This document shows, piece after piece, positions 44,790 to 47,917 of a stretch of 47,917 nucleotides of DNA (position 1 is its first letter; each line of letters begins with the position of its first letter). A model generated the notes under the pieces. That model was not told the origin of the DNA. It worked only from the letters and a program-made list of their open reading frames with translations, and searched no databases. The stretch is from the NCBI GenBank assembly GCA_035652475.1, contig DASRDR010000288.1, positions 1 through 47,917 on the forward strand, given 5' to 3'. Origin of the DNA: Candidatus Methylomirabilota bacterium. Its GTDB lineage: Bacteria > Methylomirabilota > Methylomirabilia > Rokubacteriales > DASRDR01. The translations under genes were made by a program, and so were the position numbers.

Positions 44790-44819
44790 GCTCAAATGTC
44801 GATTCGCTCAAATGTCGAT
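44790..44819. repeat. tandem direct duplication (14-nt core GCTCAAATGTCGAT, 16-nt period) at the archease stop / rtcB leader
   Basis: The plus strand reads GCTCAAATGTCGAT-TC-GCTCAAATGTCGAT. On the coding (minus) strand this is ATCGACATTTGAGC twice. The 44806-44819 copy holds the last three archease codons plus its TGA. Confidence 0.9.
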
Positions 44820-45236
44820 GACGACCCGCGCTCGCCATCCGGTCTCGTCGGCGGTGACCCGGAGCTGGTGGAGCGTGACCGCCTTCGGGTCGGCCCGGCG
44901 CTCGGTGCCGGCGGGGTCGATCACGCCGCCGCGGACGGAGGCCGCGAGGCGAACCGGCCCGTCGCCGCTGATCCGCACGCGCGCCTCCGGGAACACCTCG
45001 CGGTCGCGGTCCTTCCGGAAGATGAGCTCCCCCAGCCAGTCGAACAGGAGGAGGTCCACCTGGGCCGCCTCGAGCTCGATCGTCCGCTCGACGGTCACGG
45101 GGAGCGTCCCGGGATCGATCATGAGCTCCGCGAGGGCCCGGGCCGCCGTCTCGAACAGATCGCCGGCGTCGCGGCCCTCGATGTCCATCGCGCAGTCCGC
45201 CAGCGCGACGTCCTCGACGACCGTGTAGCGTCCCAT
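44808..45236 (-). CDS. archease (RtcB activator)
   Basis: MGRYTVVEDVALADCAMDIEGRDAGDLFETAARALAELMIDPG...LLLFDWLGELIFRKDRD...KAVTLHQLRV. The ATG shares one base with the upstream stop (TGATG). Confidence 0.9.
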   Translation of the reverse strand: MGRYTVVEDVALADCAMDIEGRDAGDLFETAARALAELMIDPGTLPVTVERTIELEAAQVDLLLFDWLGELIFRKDRDREVFPEARVRISGDGPVRLAASVRGGVIDPAGTERRADPKAVTLHQLRVTADETGWRARVVIDI

Positions 45237-47917
45237 CAGCGGGTCGGGCTCGTCCGGGGCCGGGCCGCCGGCGCGTCGGGAACCGGCCGGCCCAGGGCAG
45301 CAACCGCCTGGTGGAGGCCGTCCGCGATCTGCCGGGCGGCGGCGTCGGGCGGGGTGCCGGGGGCCGCCAGCCGCGCGGGGTCGAGCGGGGGTCCGACGCG
45401 CACCGTGATCCGTCGGAACCGCGGCCAGAGGGCGCCTCTCGAGAGCGCTTCGAACGTCCCGCCGAGGTGCACCGGGACGACCGGTCGCGGGAACCGGTGG
45501 AGCAGGAACCCGACGCCGGCCCGGAACGGCAGCAGCACCCCGGTCCGCGAGCGCTCCCCCTCGGGGAACCAGATGAGGGAGTGCCCGCGCGCCAGGGCCG
45601 CGGCCGCCAGCGCGAGGCTCGGCGTCGCCCCGCGCTGCTGGTACACGGGGAGCACCCGCCAGAGGCGGCTCAGGGCGCGCATCGGCGCGTTGGCGAAGGC
45701 GACCCCGGTCCACCCTCCCCAGTAGGTTCCCTCGAGGCGGCGATGGCCGAGGGCAGCCGACAGGGCCAGCGGGTCCAGGAAGCTCACGTGGTTGGCGACC
45801 AGCACCCACGGCGGGTCGGGCACGTGCTCGAGCCCGACCGTGCGGAGACCGAAGAGCCCGCGCACGAGCCACCCGTTCAGGCGCATCAGCGCGCGGGACA
45901 GGACCTGCTGGCCCGGGCCGAGCGGCGAGAGCCACCGGGTGTCGGCCGCCGAGAGCACCCGCTCGGGGGCGTCCCACCACGTCGCGGGCGACGCGCCGCG
46001 GGACCCCGGCGCGGTCGCGACCTCGTGGAGGAGGTCGCGCACCGTCGCGATCCGGCCGACGGCTGCCTGGTCGAGCTCGACGCCTGCCTGTCGCTCGATC
46101 TCGAGGCCGAGGTTCACCCACGCCAGCGAATCGATCCCCAGGTCCAGTCCGAGGCTCACGTCCATGGTGAGCCGGCGGTCCGGATAGCGGCGCGCCAGCC
46201 ACGTCCAGACCGCCGCGGCAGCCGGGTGGTCCAGCACGGCGCGGTCCGCCTCCCCCATGGCCTCGACCGGAATCGCCCCGCCGTCGTCGTCGCTCTTCTG
46301 GATGCAGGCGCGTGCGTAGAGCGGGGGGAGCGCCCGCCGCGTGAGCTTGCCCAGGCGCGTTCGGGGCAGGGGATCGCGTGTGATTGCGACGTCGACCACC
46401 CGCTGGTACGACGGGAGCCGCAGGTTGACGGCAGCCACTGCCTCCCGCACCGCTGCCACGACGTCGGCGCGTCCCGCCTGCTCGATCCGCGCGAGGTCCG
46501 GCAGGGCGAGCCCGACCAGCCGTCCGTCCTCCTGCAGCAGCGCAAACTCCCGGAGGAACGGATGGCGCTGGAACGCCGCCTCGACGCTCTCCGGCTCGAC
46601 GTTCTCGCCGCCGCCGGTCACCAGCATCTCGTCGATGCGCCCGGTGATGTACAGGAACCCGGCCGGGTCCACGTGGCCAAGATCCCCCGTCCGGAACCAG
46701 CCGTCGGGGGTGAACGCCGCGCGCGTTCGCTCGGGGAGGTTCAGATACCCGTTGAAAACGCCCGGACCACGGGCCTGGATCTCTCCCTGCGGGGCCGGCA
46801 CGCCCGACACGGGGGCGACGCGGAGCGCCGTTCCGGGCACGGGCCTGCCCGCGCTCGTCGGCCGTCCGCTCCCGGGCAGGTTCACGCTCAGCAGGGGCGA
46901 GGTCTCCGTGAGCCCGTAGCCGCTCGCGACGTCCCAGCCCAGGACCATCAGCTTCCGGGCGACCACCGGCTCCAGCGCCGCCCCGCCGGAGGTCAGGAGC
47001 CTGAGGCGCGACCCCAGCCGCGCGCGGAGCGGCCGGAACAGGGCCCGTCCCGTCCGAACGCCGACCGCCGGCGGCACCGCCATCAGGCCCCGGACACCGG
47101 CGCGGAACACCGCGGCCGGCCCGGGTCCCCGCGCGGCCAGCTGGGTGTCGATCGCCGCCAGGAGCGCCCCGAACAGCCGGGGCACGCCCACCACCACGGT
47201 GACGTCACCCTCGTGGAGGGCACGCAGGATCTGCGGCCCGGTCAGGGCGGCCGGCAGCACGAGCGGCAGCCCGAGCGCCAGCGGCGTGAGCGCGCCGACG
47301 ACGAAGGGGTACACGTGGTGGAGCGGGAGCGGCAGGCACACCCGGTCGTCGGGAGCGACCAGGCCGATCGCCTCCAGGGTGACGACCTGGTACGCGAGGC
47401 TCCCGTGAGTCAGCGGCACGCCCTTCGGAGGCCCGGTGGTCCCGGAGGTGTAGAAGATCGCCGCCGGGTCCGTGGACTCGCGGCCCGGCAGGGGAGTCGC
47501 CGACCGCGGCGTTCCTTCGGCAGCGTCCTCGTCCGGGTCCGCCGCCTCCGGCCGGAGCAGCCGGAGGCCGGGGACGAGCCGCGCGACCCGCATGGCGCGG
47601 TCATCCGCGCTGAAGGCCAGGCGCGCCGCGCTGTCGACGAGCGCGTGGGCGAGCGGCTCGTCGGTGAACTGCGCGTCGAGCGGCACCAGGACGCCGCCTG
47701 CCCGGATCACCGCCAAGGCCGCGATCAGCCACTCGGGGCCATCCGGCGCGAAGAGCGCCACGGGGTCGCCGGGGGCCAGCCCCTCCGCGATGAGCGTCCG
47801 CGCCCGCGCCTCGACCACGCGGGCGAGCTCGCGGTAGCTCCACTCGCGGCGGTTGGACGCGCCGAACGCCACGAGAGCGGGGCGGCCCCCGAACCCGGCG
47901 AGGCGAGCGACGATCGC
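45236..47917 (-). CDS. acyl-AMP/CoA ligase - acyl carrier domain - PlsC-type acyltransferase fusion (N-terminus outside window)
   Basis: AMP-binding motifs (IFYTSGTTGPPKGVPLTHG, SGYGLTETS, GWFRTGDLG), a phosphopantetheine site (LGLDLGIDSLAWVNL) and the PlsC H-x4-D box (VANHVSFLDP) plus FPEGERS. The frame stays open to the window edge. Confidence 0.85.
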   Translation of the reverse strand, partial: AIVARLAGFGGRPALVAFGASNRREWSYRELARVVEARARTLIAEGLAPGDPVALFAPDGPEWLIAALAVIRAGGVLVPLDAQFTDEPLAHALVDSAARLAFSADDRAMRVARLVPGLRLLRPEAADPDEDAAEGTPRSATPLPGRESTDPAAIFYTSGTTGPPKGVPLTHGSLAYQVVTLEAIGLVAPDDRVCLPLPLHHVYPFVVGALTPLALGLPLVLPAALTGPQILRALHEGDVTVVVGVPRLFGALLAAIDTQLAARGPGPAAVFRAGVRGLMAVPPAVGVRTGRALFRPLRARLGSRLRLLTSGGAALEPVVARKLMVLGWDVASGYGLTETSPLLSVNLPGSGRPTSAGRPVPGTALRVAPVSGVPAPQGEIQARGPGVFNGYLNLPERTRAAFTPDGWFRTGDLGHVDPAGFLYITGRIDEMLVTGGGENVEPESVEAAFQRHPFLREFALLQEDGRLVGLALPDLARIEQAGRADVVAAVREAVAAVNLRLPSYQRVVDVAITRDPLPRTRLGKLTRRALPPLYARACIQKSDDDGGAIPVEAMGEADRAVLDHPAAAAVWTWLARRYPDRRLTMDVSLGLDLGIDSLAWVNLGLEIERQAGVELDQAAVGRIATVRDLLHEVATAPGSRGASPATWWDAPERVLSAADTRWLSPLGPGQQVLSRALMRLNGWLVRGLFGLRTVGLEHVPDPPWVLVANHVSFLDPLALSAALGHRRLEGTYWGGWTGVAFANAPMRALSRLWRVLPVYQQRGATPSLALAAAALARGHSLIWFPEGERSRTGVLLPFRAGVGFLLHRFPRPVVPVHLGGTFEALSRGALWPRFRRITVRVGPPLDPARLAAPGTPPDAAARQIADGLHQAVAALGRPVPDAPAARPRTSPTR

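Noticed and set aside
1-47917. CRISPR arrays, rRNA genes, IS elements
   Set aside because: I saw no regularly spaced repeats, no rRNA-like conserved stretches and no transposase-like ORFs on either strand.

Overview
Very GC-rich bacterial chromosomal DNA (GC judged by eye, not computed). I can support about 45 genes and one tRNA. I found no rRNA, CRISPR array, transposase or integrase.

- **1-2.3 kb:** the tail of an acylphosphatase, a frameshifted NlpD-like LysM/M23 peptidase, an RpoS-like sigma factor, then tRNA-Arg(CCT).
- **2.3-8.5 kb:** small orphan genes, plus a GntR regulator whose promoter, operator and N-terminus are duplicated 2.7 kb upstream.
- **9-21.7 kb:** secreted thermonuclease, CPA2 antiporter, an APH-type kinase with an in-frame TGA, SAM methyltransferase, ADP-forming acetyl-CoA synthetase, USP, beta-propeller, secreted creatininase-family protein, tandem MazG, two PPOX genes (one decayed) and a PEP-mutase/isocitrate-lyase family enzyme.
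- **21.7-26.3 kb:** RND efflux adaptor and permease.
- **26.5-43.1 kb (the most interesting part):** six near-consensus sigma-54 (-24/-12) promoters sit directly in front of (1) Hsp20 plus an eRF1-like (baeRF) protein, (2 and 3) two stand-alone receiver genes, one of them broken, (4) a tandem USP plus an acidic protein, (5) an NDP-sugar transferase plus an S1 protease, and (6) a small ORF, a Zn-ADH and an HPF-like protein. A PAS-GAF histidine kinase, a REC-AAA+-HTH enhancer-binding protein, PpsA, a ZIP transporter and a GNAT lie among them.
- **43.3-47.9 kb:** an acyl-AMP ligase-ACP-PlsC fusion, archease and RtcB in one tightly packed operon (ligase stop and archease start overlap).

Several genes carry frameshifts or a nonsense codon. 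Either the consensus is imperfect or genes are decaying.
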